A stretch of DNA of 64,000 nt from Carcharhinus longimanus (lineage: Eukaryota): assembly GCA_030264375.1 (NCBI GenBank), contig JASCQW010000162.1, forward strand, positions 82,428,347 through 82,492,346, written 5' to 3'. The position numbers and the translations under genes are program-made. Below the pieces are notes generated by a model. It saw nothing but the letters and a program-made list of their open reading frames with translations. It had not been told where the DNA came from and ran no database searches. Positions 14,042 to 25,309 of the stretch are shown one piece after another (position 1 is the first letter of the stretch; each line of letters opens with the position of its first letter).

Positions 14042-14168
14042 GGGTGGGATTCTCTGGCTGTGCTCCCCTCAAAACCAGAGAATCCCGCCAGAGGTCAATG
14101 GACCTCTGAATGGTCCGCTTCCCGAACGCTACAGTTCCCATGGTGAGTGGGACGGGAGAATTCAGGCC
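14042..14168. mobile_element. Short MITE-like element
   Basis: Termini gggtgggattctc and gagaattcaggcc, with an internal inverted repeat gagaatcccgcc. Confidence 0.7.
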
Positions 14169-16331
14169 AACTCTTTTCTGGACTCAAAAAAAATCATGTT
14201 TTTGCATATATTCAACATTTCAGACAGCACCCCTGCCCTCCTCACCTTTCAGGTATGACCTGCTACACTTGCATTATAAATCAGCCTCAATTTTTTTCAC
14301 TCTACAAACGTGTGCTTCACTTATCAGTATCTTATAAGTGGGCACAAGAGTCCAAGCAGATGATATGGGCTGTATTTCAAAGACATGGGAGTTAAGGCAC
14401 AGGCATTCTTTGCATTAGATGCCAATGAGACTTCAAAATGGTGACCAGCCCAACCTATGCCCATAGTTCACGTTTGGGCTTGTAAGTTGATTCCCATTTT
14501 TTTTGGAAGGAATTTCTTGAGGCTTCAAATGTTGACTTGCACTTTTGACATCTATGGTCATTGGTAGAACAAGGGGATTTGTAATTATCATTAAATTAAT
14601 AACCCCCACGGCTTAGCAGTCAATGAACTTACTGTTAGAAGTGTCGTTACTGTTGTTTCGTATACGAACAGGACTGTACTTTAGCAGACAGCAAGCGCTC
14701 TCATACAACTAATAACATGAATGGTGACTTCATCTGCTTCATTGGCCCATAGTGTGGGAGTAATGTTGGTCAGGGCAGGGAGAGAACAGCCACTCCTGGA
14801 TGCATACTGCTTCTCCAGCTGAACATTCTTTATCTCCAAGCTTTTATTACTGTCTGCCACACCCTTCTCACTCACTACCACTGTAGAAATTAAAATTAAT
14901 TACACTGTTGCTCTTTTCAAGATATTAAAATTTTTTGAACCATTTACCTCACTATTTATTTACTTGCAATGTGCCAGCTTTTAAAACACAAGCTCAATGT
15001 CATCAAATCACCACTACTTCATTAATCTTTTTATTTAAAAAAAAAATATATTGGGTGCATGCTACACTGTAGACTTTGGCACTTACTGGCTTTCCAATAA
15101 GCGTTAACTCTCAGAATGCACACAAGTAGGACCTCTAATCAATATAATGCTCTGGTTCCCATTCAAAAATGATGAGACCATAAAACTTTATTGTCTGATT
15201 CATACAATTGAGGCCAAGGTGCTTTTGAGATTCTAAAGTAAACGAAGCAGTTTCTGAAAATATAACACTGTGATGGCTCCCAGGGCTCCATTACTGAAAA
15301 CTAATTAAGAATGAATGGCATGGCCATGAAATACTTCTCACCATCACCAGCTGCCATTTACATAAGAGATTGAAAGAGTCGCAGATGAAGTGCTGATTTC
15401 TTAAAACTGTGATATAAGGCATTAATAAGTGAGTTATGTCATTTTAGATTATGCTGTCACTGTGTAGTGAAGATATTTGCCTGCAATTGCCAAACTTCCT
15501 ATCCCTAGTTACCAACATAATTGAATGGATGGTGGGAAGACAAAGAACTTGCCTTATGATATGCCCCATTTCTAAATATAAAGATGATAAATGCTTCATA
15601 AAATCAAAGTTTATTACATAGAGTTTCTGCCTGTAATTGCTGAGTTCCTTTTCCTGCTTTCACCTAGTCCCAATCTAAGTATGCAGTAGTTTTGGGTCCG
15701 ATTCAGCAGTAACTCAGAATCATTGGGAGCAACAATCCTTAGATACCACAGTTGTAGACAGTGCAGGAGCTCTGGAATAAAACTGAAATGTGTATTTTTC
15801 ATGCATCCCAATGGGTTAAACTTTCATCTCGGTCAGAACACACCCAGCCTGATTGAGATGAGTAGGGGCCCTGTCTCATTGAGTCTGGGCCATACCAATT
15901 CAGATCTGTGTGCCATGTACTGTCCCAGAATATACATTAATGGGAACAAATTGAGTATTTTGTTTCGAGGGTCACGATTCTAGAAGAAGCATTTCACTGT
16001 GCATCAAACTTGCAATTTACAAAATGACAGAATCAGATGTTCAAGTGCACAGGTGACTAACATTTTAACATGAAGGGCAGACAAATGCAAAGTATTGCAA
16101 GTAGTGAGGGAAAAGTAGACTATGAGTGGTATTGAAGCATAGCATGAAAAGACGTCTCGAGGTTTTAGTGAGCTCGATACCAGTATTTACCTGTGACAAG
16201 AGGATTGGAGGTTCTTTCTAAAAGGTTTCAGCTAAGGTGGGCCCAATGGACTTCCCTGCTCTTATTTAATAATCTTATTTGGTTAGTATGGGAATTGGAA
16301 CATTTACACAAATAAATTGATTGCTTTCCAG

Positions 16332-16997
16332 NNNNNNNNNNNNNNNNNNNNNNNNNNNNNNNNNNNNNNNNNNNNNNNNNNNNNNNNNNNNNNNNNNNNN
16401 NNNNNNNNNNNNNNNNNNNNNNNNNNNNNNNNNNNNNNNNNNNNNNNNNNNNNNNNNNNNNNNNNNNNNNNNNNNNNNNNNNNNNNNNNNNNNNNNNNNN
16501 NNNNNNNNNNNNNNNNNNNNNNNNNNNNNNNNNNNNNNNNNNNNNNNNNNNNNNNNNNNNNNNNNNNNNNNNNNNNNNNNNNNNNNNNNNNNNNNNNNNN
16601 NNNNNNNNNNNNNNNNNNNNNNNNNNNNNNNNNNNNNNNNNNNNNNNNNNNNNNNNNNNNNNNNNNNNNNNNNNNNNNNNNNNNNNNNNNNNNNNNNNNN
16701 NNNNNNNNNNNNNNNNNNNNNNNNNNNNNNNNNNNNNNNNNNNNNNNNNNNNNNNNNNNNNNNNNNNNNNNNNNNNNNNNNNNNNNNNNNNNNNNNNNNN
16801 NNNNNNNNNNNNNNNNNNNNNNNNNNNNNNNNNNNNNNNNNNNNNNNNNNNNNNNNNNNNNNNNNNNNNNNNNNNNNNNNNNNNNNNNNNNNNNNNNNNN
16901 NNNNNNNNNNNNNNNNNNNNNNNNNNNNNNNNNNNNNNNNNNNNNNNNNNNNNNNNNNNNNNNNNNNNNNNNNNNNNNNNNNNNNNNNNNNNNNNNN
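16332..16997. other. Assembly gap (666 N)
   Basis: Run of N; the largest of several gaps. Confidence 0.99.
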
Positions 16998-17057
16998 GAG
17001 TTGACCTGTCTGTTATAGCTTTTCAGTTGGAGCGAGAGGTCAGTCAGCTCTTAGCAT

Positions 17058-17400
17058 TATAGAATCCCTACAGTGCAGAATGAGGCCATTTGACGCATTG
17101 ACTCTCGTAGCGTATCTTACCCTGATTCTCTACGCTGCCTAATCCCCGTAACCCAACACATTTGCCATGACTAATCCCCGCCCTCTCCAATTTACTCATC
17201 TTGGGACACTTAAGGGGCAGTTAAGCATGGCCAAGTCACCTAACCTGCATGTCATCTGACTGTGGGAGGAGTCAGCAGCATCTGGAAGAAACCCAATGCA
17301 GACACAGAAAAAAGGTGCAAACTCCACACACTAACCCAAGGCCTAAATTGAAACTAGGTTCCCGGCACGGTGAGACAGCAGTGCTAACCATCATGCCACT
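17058..17400 (-). mobile_element. HE1-like V-SINE
   Basis: tagaatccctacagtgcaga tail through gcagtgctaacca head. Confidence 0.85.
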
Positions 17401-17884
17401 TCCTGTGGGTAATTCCCCCGTATATGCTTGATGTGGACCAAATGAAACAAATCATTTTGTATCGCAGCGAAGCCTTTCACCATCGTGATGAGCATAAGAA
17501 TTCAATCTCTCCCCTCCCCAGTGTAGGGCATGCAAATTGGCACTGATGCAGAAGTCCTGGTTCTTTGACGTTAACAATGAATACAATGAGCTGTGGGGCC
17601 AAGGAGAAATATTGCTAATCCTGCTTATTAAACTCGCAAACATGCACCGGTGTGCAGGACAATTTGAAACTAAACAAGGTCAGTTCCACCCTCCCTGCCT
17701 CAATGATTAAAAACTGAGCTTTGAAATATCACACTCTTTAGGAAATATTTATTTCTCATTGTGTGAAAGCAGGGTTATTACACTTTAATTAAAATCAGCT
17801 AATTAAAATAGCATGCAGTGAAAGACCTGTTGTCCATCAAACTCATCCTACGTTCCTAATACTTGTAGCGTGGGCTTAGGTGCT

Positions 17885-18245
17885 GGTGTAGTGGCATTGT
17901 CACTGAGCTAGTAATGCAGAAATTCAAGGTCATGCTCTGGGGACCCAGGGTTCAAATCCCATCATTGGAGTTCACAAAACTTGAATTCAGTTTAAAAAAA
18001 ATCTGGAATTAAGTCCACTGATGACCAAGAAACTGTTGTTGACCATCATAAAAACCCATTGGTTCACTAATGCACTTTAGGAAAGGAAATATGTCATCCT
18101 TAATTGGTCTGGCCTACATGTGATTCAGACCCACAGCAATGTGGTTGCCTCTTAGTATGCCTAGCAAGTCGTTCCATTCCAGGGCAATTAGAATGGGCAA
18201 TAAAGACTGGCCCAGCTAGCAACACCCACATCTCATCAAAGAAGT
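17885..18245 (+). mobile_element. tRNA-derived SINE (family B), near full length
   Basis: A-box-like tggtgtagtgg, B-box ggttcaaatccc, conserved body and tail. Confidence 0.85.
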
Positions 18246-18669
18246 TTTAAAAAAGCTCATGCCCCGATGATTCTTTTCCATGTGCACCTTGCTCAACTCT
18301 CCACCCATTCCCAGAAGCAATCATCTCCTGGAAGAGACAGAAAGCTAGGCAAAGAATCCCCAGGGTTAACAAGAAAACACAAGTTTTGAAAAACTAAAGT
18401 TAAAAATGGATAAACAATGGACAATTTCCACTTTATTCTGCCTCCTCAGCCAATATTTAAGTTTTTTTGCTTTTAGAAGAGATTTACGCTAAGATTAAGG
18501 AGATAATAGCTTTTGTGGCTGTGTTTCAATTGTTTTTCATGGCATTGCGACATGACTCTAAATGATTTTGCTATAGTTCTAAGCATATTTTATTTCCTAA
18601 TCAAACCAGCTGTTTGCAAGAGGGGTAAGGCAAGAGAGCGGGTTGAATGTTCCCTCAGACAGCCAGTGC

Positions 18670-19870
18670 AGATTTGATTGATATGATTTATTTAGATTTC
18701 CAGAAGGCCTTTCACAAGATGCCACATAGGAGACTGTTAAATAAATTNNNNGTGCCCATGGTGTTAAGAGCAAGATCCTGGCATGGATAAGGGATTGGCT
18801 CACAGACAGAGAGTGGATAAAGGGGTCTTTTTCAGGATGGCAGTTGGTGACTTATGTGTGCCTCAGGGGTCAGTGCTAGGACCATAACTTTTCAAAATAC
18901 ACATTAACAGTTTGGAGGAAGGAACTGAAAGCGCTGTTGCTAAGTTTGCAGATAATACAAAGATATGTAGAGGGGCAGGTAGTATTGAGAATACAGGGGG
19001 CTGCAGAAGGACTTGAACAGGTTAGGAGAGTGGGCAAAAAAGTGGCAGATGGAGTACAATGTGGAAAAATGTAAGGTAATGCACTTTGGAAGGAGGAATG
19101 GAGGCAGAGATTATTTTCTAAATGGGAAAATACTTAGGAAATCAGAAACACAAAGGGACTTGAGAGTTCAAGATTCTCTTAAGGTTAACATGCAAGTTCA
19201 GTTGGCAGTTGGGAAGGCAAATTCAATGTTAGTTTTCATGTTGAGAGGCACACATGGGTAGGGATGTACTTCTGAGGGCTGTATAAGGGTCTGGTTAGAA
19301 GCCTGGAGTATTGTGAACAGTTTTGGGTCCCATATCTAAGGAAGGATGTGCTGGCCTTGGAAAGAGTCCAGAAAAGCTTCATGAGAATGATCCCTGAAAT
19401 GAAAAGCTTGTCATTATGAGGAATGGTTGAGGACTTTGGGTCTGTATTCATTGGAGTTGAGAAGGACAATGGAGGGGGGATCTTATTGAAACTTACAGGA
19501 TACTGTGAGGCCTGGATACAACAGACATGGAGAGGAGTTTCCACTAGTAGGAAAAACTAGAACTAGAGGGCATAACCTCAGGCTAAATGGACAATCCTCC
19601 AAAACAGAGATGAGGAATTTTTTTCAGCCAGAGAGTGGTGAATCTGTGGAACTCGTTGCCATAGAAAGTTGTGGCGGTCAGGTCATTGAGTGTCTTTAGG
19701 ACAGAGATTGGTTCTTGATTAATAAGGGGATCAGGGATTATGGGGAAAAATCAGGAGAATGGGGTGAGAAAATTATCAGCCATGATTGAATGACAGAGTG
19801 GACTCGATGGGCTGAGTGGCCTAATTCTGCCCCTATGCCTTATGGTCTTATGGGCTGAATGGCCTCAATC
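18670..19870 (+). mobile_element. CR1/HER1 LINE 3' 1.2 kb
   Basis: YLDFQKAF, KFADNT and EWAKKWQMEYNVEKCKVMHFG motifs; tail ttatggtcttatgg. Confidence 0.92.
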
Positions 19871-19968
19871 TACATTGAGCAAATGGTTGCACACAGACCA
19901 ACATATTGAAGAATGCTTTTTAGAATAAGTTTGCCACATAAACAGAATTGGTGATTTATAGGGCCATG

Positions 19969-20656
19969 TGGGTTGATACTGTGGTATTGATATATTTTAT
20001 GCTTAAGGGGGACTACTTTAAATTTTTGTTTATAGGTAGTCAATGTGTCTGGAAAATTTTATACAGCTCCGATTCTGGGAAAATGCAACACTTGTTTTAA
20101 CCATGTAGTATTTATTGAGCAAAAGATTAATGGATTATTGTTTACAAATGGAGGTTTCCCCTGGGGCTTTTTACTTAAAGATAAACAGCTTTGATTCCTT
20201 TAAATTAAAGAAATAGGTGGAGTTCGGTTTGTAGCAGAGAAACAAATTTCTGTTGAAGTTGCTGCCTGAAGTTATTTAAAGGCAGTAGTATGCTTTGTCT
20301 CTCCATAAGATCTCTCTGGAACCTTCAAGGCTGTTAAATCAAGTTAAAGCAGGTACATCTGTGATTGTTAACTATATTTAAAGTCAGTTTTGAGTCCAGG
20401 GCAAGAATGTTGCTTATTTGGAACTGAAATAGTGATTAAATTAGAAATTGAGTTGTTTCTTTTTAAGTATAAAGATTGTTCTTATACTTAAGCTATATTA
20501 TAAATAAAATGTGTTTAGTTTTGATAAAAGATCCCTCATTTGTCAGTGAAATCACTCCTGGAGTGAAGCATCCTTTCTTTGCAGTTATGCCAAAATAGAA
20601 AAATTATTGGGGTCCGGTCCATCAGAATCTTGGGGTTCTGATTCAGGATCCTAGCA
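19969..20656 (+). repeat. Probable solo LTR (688 bp)
   Basis: TG...CA termini with CATG at 19965-19968 and 20657-20660; AATAAA near 20503. Confidence 0.6.
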
Positions 20657-21589
20657 CATGAATTCGAGTCAATAAAAAATTTATAGCCAGGTAGCTACAG
20701 ATTGGAAAGGACCAGGGCACATGAGTTTGAACTATGCTGGACTGGTGATTTGGTTCAGTAGTCAGCCTCTGGAATGTATTGGTGTATTAGCCGCTGACCA
20801 GGGGGGTGCAGGACAGTTTGTGATTGTGATAGAAGAAAATGTAACTCTTGGTCTGTTTGATGTTTTGGATTGATTTTGATTGTCTAAGGGGTTCCAAGAG
20901 GCTTTTCCTGTATGATTTTGCCCTCTCCCATCAACCCTGCATTTATTCTGTCAGAAGCTGGTAACCTCCTGGACACGCATTGACCAAAATCATCCATCAT
21001 TTGTTTGTGGCTGGAATTTTCCAGTGCTGCCGAAAGTGAATGAAGTTTTGACTGGAATGCCAAAAGTTCCATTCCCGTTTGCAACTGGTCCCGCCATGGA
21101 GTTGATCAGCGATCCCCGTTTTCAATATGGCGTGTGGGGCAGGTTTGATGGATCAGCTGATCCTTTGTTCCCTGCTGACTCTGTTTTGTGGCTATCATCA
21201 ACATCGATGTGGAACTTTAATTTGAAAATGAAAATAAATGTTTGACTCAAGGTAGTGATTAAAAGGGAAAACAATTGTAAATGCAACTCCCCTGCAAACC
21301 CATTTTTCTATTGTCCCTGACTCGATTGACCTGATACATTGCAGTTAGCTTTGTCAGAACAAGTTGAATGCACTTTATCTAAAATCTTCAGACCCGATAA
21401 TATTTTGGATTTCTGATCATTTTGGCTTTCGGATACCACACACCATCCGAAGCTTGGTCAAGACAATCTATTGTCTAGCCAATAAAATGGCTAGAAAAGT
21501 AAAGATGCGGAAGAATAAATGCAGGTAAGCTGTAATAGATTCCTATCCATGGTACCATCTGAGAGTTTCCTTGTAGAAAAGGGTTCAGG

Positions 21590-21837
21590 AGGTAAGACCA
21601 TAAGGCCAAAGGCATAGGAGCTGAATTTGGCCACTTGGCCCCTCGAGTCTGCTCTGCCATTCAATCATGGCTGATATTTTTCTCATCCCCACTCTCCTAC
21701 CTTTTCCCCATAACCCCTGATCCATAATTAATAAAGAACCTATCTATCTCTGTCTTAAAGACGCTCAATGATCTGGCCTCCACAGCCTTCTGCAGCAAAG
21801 AGTTCCACACAGTCACCACCCTCTGGTGGAAGAAATT
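21590..21837 (-). mobile_element. CR1/HER1 LINE 3' end (left half of the host of the Gypsy insertion)
   Basis: Tail gaccataaggcc...ataggagctgaatttggccac...catggctgat; reverse complement of the tail at 19750-19850. Confidence 0.85.
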
Positions 21838-22067
21838 TGTAAAATAACTCCACGGAGGCGAAAGTCCCATGACCAAGTTATTTTGTTTACACCATACATC
21901 AGTACACAGCCAGCTGTCGCATTGCTCCCTGCTGAATGCAAGCTGGGAGTCTCTGCTTTAAATAGGGAGCACGAGGCTCCCTGACTTAACCATCAATTAG
22001 GACTCACCAGGTAGTTCTTTTCATACTCTAGCAAGCCAACCTCATTTGCCTAGCTGAAGTCATCACA
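21838..22067 (-). repeat. 3' LTR (230 bp) of the Gypsy element
   Basis: Starts TGT and ends ACA. Abuts ctcctttcccccctc (22068-22082), the PPT on the - strand. Homologous to 24112-24243 plus 24731-24793. Confidence 0.9.
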
Positions 22068-22082
22068 CTCCTTTCCCCCCTC

Positions 22083-22960
22083 AAAAGTCCAAGGAATCCC
22101 CTTGGTTTGCTTCCCTCAGGTCTTTTCCTCCACTTGAGCGCCAGGTCAGGATCCTCCAACTTGGCCTCTGATGTCAGCGGTGTGTAACATTTGGGTGCTT
22201 TCCTCTTCTGCTGCGACTGCCAGAGGTCTGGTTCTTTGTCCACTTCAGGTGGTAGGAGAATTGTTACAGCTTCATCCCCTGTATCCATTTCGGACCCTGG
22301 GGTCCCCATCGAGGGTGCAGGGGAGACGATACTGGCTTGTTGAGGGGATTTCTGCTCATCCCTAAGGCTGCAGGGTGGACTCCGCTCCGGAATGGGTGGG
22401 GAGCTTAAGGCCCGGACCTGGTCCAGGTGTTTCCTTATCACTGCCTCGCCTATGCGTACTCGGTAGGATACTGGTCCGGTCCTGGACTGGGGCGCAGTTC
22501 CTGTGGTGGCATATGGAGTTGTCCTATAGTCAAATAACCACTTTGAGAGTGTTGTCTCTAATGAGGCCGCTGGCTGTTTTTTTTCAACCCAGCCTTTTAA
22601 CATCTGGACTGCTCTCTCCGCTAGCCCATTTGTCGCCTGGTGATAAGGTGCTGTCATTTGATTTCATAAATTTTGTGAACTCTAGACTGGTGAACACTGA
22701 ACCATTATTGGAAGCTAATACCTCTGGGATCCTGTGTATTGTGAAAAAGGTGCGCAGTTTCTCGACGGTTGCCGCCGTGTTTGCTGCGTTTAGTTCCGAC
22801 GTCTAACTGCTTGGAATGGGCATTATCACCAGAAACATGGACCCCATAAATGGGCCTACAAAATTGCCATGGAGTCGTGACCATGGTCTGCCTGGCCATT
22901 CCGAGTTCAACAGGGTTGCCGGTGGTGCCTTCTGTTCCTGTTGGCATTTCTGGCACTGTC
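22083..22960 (-). pseudogene. Gypsy integrase remnant
   Basis: Minus-strand frames give CQKCQ...WPGRPWSRLH...GPF (zinc-finger end and core start), TAPYHQATNGLAERAVQ and LFDYRTTPYATTG. Frameshifted and internally deleted. Confidence 0.9.
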
Positions 22961-22991
22961 TTACTAGAGAGTGTAAGGAATTAATAATACG

Positions 22992-23665
22992 AATATACAG
23001 AAAGGCCTCTTGGCAGATGCCCAGCTGATCTGCAAACAGGCATTCCGGTTGGTGTTGTTATTAGAAAAAGCGACAAGTGGAGCGCATGAGCTCCAAGGTA
23101 TCCCGATGGAGGTAGAGGCTAACATCAGGGAGACTGGGTTAGGGGATTACCGTTATGGGGCAGGCCACTACATTGCAGCTCTCTGGAAGGATTTGGATAC
23201 GAGGGAGTCCATGTCCATATCCAGACAAGGTCAGGTTAAACCCAGAGTGACAGCAGTTCCTGTAGAGCCCTGCCCAATGTTACATTGCCAGTGTCAGGAT
23301 GCACAGTCATAGCAGAGGAAAAGCAAGCCTCCTAAACCAACATGGCTGAAAAGAACACGTAGGCCGAGGGATAGGAGAATGCACAACCTGGAAGCTCCCC
23401 CTACTTCTGACGAGGAGCAGCTATTGTGCGTAGCGGTGACAAAATCAAAACCCATCAAATTGTCAGTGAGACTGAATGGATGTCCAATTTTACTGGAGGT
23501 CAACACAGGCGCAGCTGGATCGGTCATAGGGGAGACCGTGTTTAACAAGATACGCATTGGACTCCAACCCTTAACCCTGACCAAAACTTCAGCAAGGCTG
23601 AGGACCTATACAGGGGAACCACTGAAAGTGATGGGTACAACCCACGTGCCAGTTGCTTACAGGAA
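22992..23665 (+). pseudogene. Gypsy gag C-terminal part and aspartic protease remnant, inverted relative to the LTRs
   Basis: ORF 23379 gives VRLNGCPILLEVNTGAAGSVIG (DTGA active-site motif, D to N) and LRTYTGEPLKVMG. The upstream frame (LLADAQL.CKQA) is gag-like. Confidence 0.85.
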
Positions 23666-23912
23666 NNNNNNNNNNNNNNNNNNNNNNNNNNNNNNNNNNN
23701 NNNNNNNNNNNNNNNNNNNNNNNNNNNNNNNNNNNNNNNNNNNNNNNNNNNNNNNNNNNNNNNNNATGCCCATTCCAAGCGGTTAGACGTCTAAACTAAA
23801 CGCGGCAAACATGACGGCAACCATTGAGAAACTGCGCACCTTTTTCACAATATACAGGATCCCAGAGGTATTAGTTTCCAATAATGGTTCAGTGTTCACC
23901 AGTCTAGAGTTC

Positions 23913-24113
23913 TACGGTGTAAATAAAGTAACTTGGTGATGGGACTTCTGTCTCCATGGAGTTATTACACAGGCGATGAGGAAAAAAATCAATGACATGA
24001 AGGAACTTGCTGAACCATTGCACATATTGAGGGTAAACCATTGTTGAGAAAAATGCCACTGTTTGGGAAATTGGACTCTTTTGATCCTGCAGTGGAGGAT
24101 TGGACCCAATATA
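23913..24113 (+). mobile_element. Inverted U5 end of the 5' LTR, PBS and gag start
   Basis: 23916-23969 is the reverse complement of the LTR terminus at 21838-21893. It is followed by aggcgatgagga (23971-23982), two mismatches from TGGCGACGAGGA, a tRNA-Ser-type PBS. ATG at 24053 gives MPLFGKLDSFDPAVEDWTQY. Confidence 0.85.
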
Positions 24114-24313
24114 CCATACATCAGTACACAGCCAGCTCTCCAGTTGCTCCCTGCTGAATGCAAGCTGGGAGTCTGATACACCTGCTTTAAATAGAGAGCA
24201 TGAGGCACCCTAATTTAACCATCAGTTAGAACTCATCAGGTACCCCTTTTTGTGTGCTAACCAAATAAAATCAAATTAACTCAGGAACAACTCGAGAAGG
24301 ATTCATCAGGTAC

Positions 24314-24730
24314 ATCTTTTCTGGACCAACCCAGTAAACTAACTCAAACTAACTGAGGGACAAGTTAAAAGAGGCAGATTCCCAAAAGGAGGGGGAAAAG
24401 CCCGAACCAAAAATCAAAGTGGAAAGAAAACTTAAAATAAAGATCATTGTTGGGGTCGATAATACATCCCAGCCCCCGCAGTGCCCAGTGGGTGTGGAAG
24501 ACATCAACTGCGCCCGTGGACACCGCATGCTCCCTCTCCAGGGACACCTGGTTGCGAATGTAGCCGCGGTACAGGGGCAGACAGTTGGGATGGACAACCC
24601 AGTCGATTGCCCGCTGCCTGAACCTATTGATAGTGTGCCTCACCAGGCCCAGGAGCAGGTTCACGAGGAGGTCGCCATCCTGACCTGCCCCTCTCAGCAC
24701 CAAGTGCCCACAGATCAAGAGCGTGGGAGG
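24314..24730 (-). mobile_element. 5'-truncated Tx1-like (L1 group) non-LTR retrotransposon: ORF2 C-terminus and 3' UTR, inserted in the 5' LTR
   Basis: ORF 24365-24760(-) contains DLLVNLLLGLVRHTINRFRQ...CLPLYRGYIRNQVSLEREHAVSTG...W, which resembles the C-terminus of Tx1-type ORF2. T-rich 3' UTR ends in AAAAG. Flanked by imperfect direct repeats ggattcatcaggtac and ggattcattagctat. Confidence 0.78.
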
Positions 24731-24793
24731 GGATTCATTAGCTATTTCACACTCTAGCAAGCCAACCTCATTAGCCTGGCTGAAGTCATCACA

Positions 24794-25110
24794 AAATTCC
24801 TCCTCATCTCTGTTTTAAAGGAATGTCCCTTTAGCCTGAGGTTGTGCCCTTTGGCTCTAGTTTTTTCTACTAGTGGGAACATTCTCTCCATGTCCACTCT
24901 ATCCAGGCCTCATAGTATCCTGTAAGTTTCAATAAGATCCCCCCTCATCCTTCTAAACGCCAACGAGTGCAGATCCAGAGTCCTCAACCATTCCTCATTC
25001 AACAAGCTCTTCATTCCAGGAATCATTCTTGTGAACCTCCTCTGGACTCTTCCCAAGGCCAGCCCATCCTTCCTTAGATATGGAGTCTAAAACTACTCAC
25101 AATACTCCAA
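24794..25110 (-). mobile_element. CR1/HER1 LINE ORF2 C-terminal fragment (right half of the host)
   Basis: Continues 21590-21837 across the TSD. Minus strand encodes the CR1-type VQRRFTRMIPG...RGDLIETY motif. Confidence 0.85.
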
Positions 25111-25309
25111 AGGTAAACAGTGCATTCAAACATTGCAAGCTAAACAGTGCACAGAAACCACCATTCCTCCTGTGCTGAAGGTGCAGTTGGTGAGGCCCGT
25201 ATTTGCTCAATTCAGACTTCCTGTGCTAAAGATTCAATATAGTTAGTGAGGTTCATGTTGGTCTGGGTTTTTGTGCCATTGGGGGAGCGCAATGAAAGTT
25301 TACCAGTCT

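Larger units (their letters stand above)
21838..24793 (-). mobile_element. Degenerate, rearranged Gypsy/Ty3 (Mag-like) LTR retrotransposon
   Basis: TGT...ACA termini with 5-bp TSD AAATT at 21833-21837 and 24794-24798. Removing it restores the host CR1 sequence aagaaattcctcctcatctc. Two homologous LTRs, a polypurine tract (PPT), a primer-binding site (PBS), and gag, protease and integrase remnants are present. Confidence 0.92.

Noticed and set aside
16317-17018. 233-aa and 227-aa ORFs
   Set aside because: They consist almost entirely of N.
24229-24745. CRISPR-like repeat-spacer reading of the three 15-bp repeats
   Set aside because: Vertebrate DNA, spacers of 55 and 417 bp that are related to each other, and no cas genes; TSDs explain it better.
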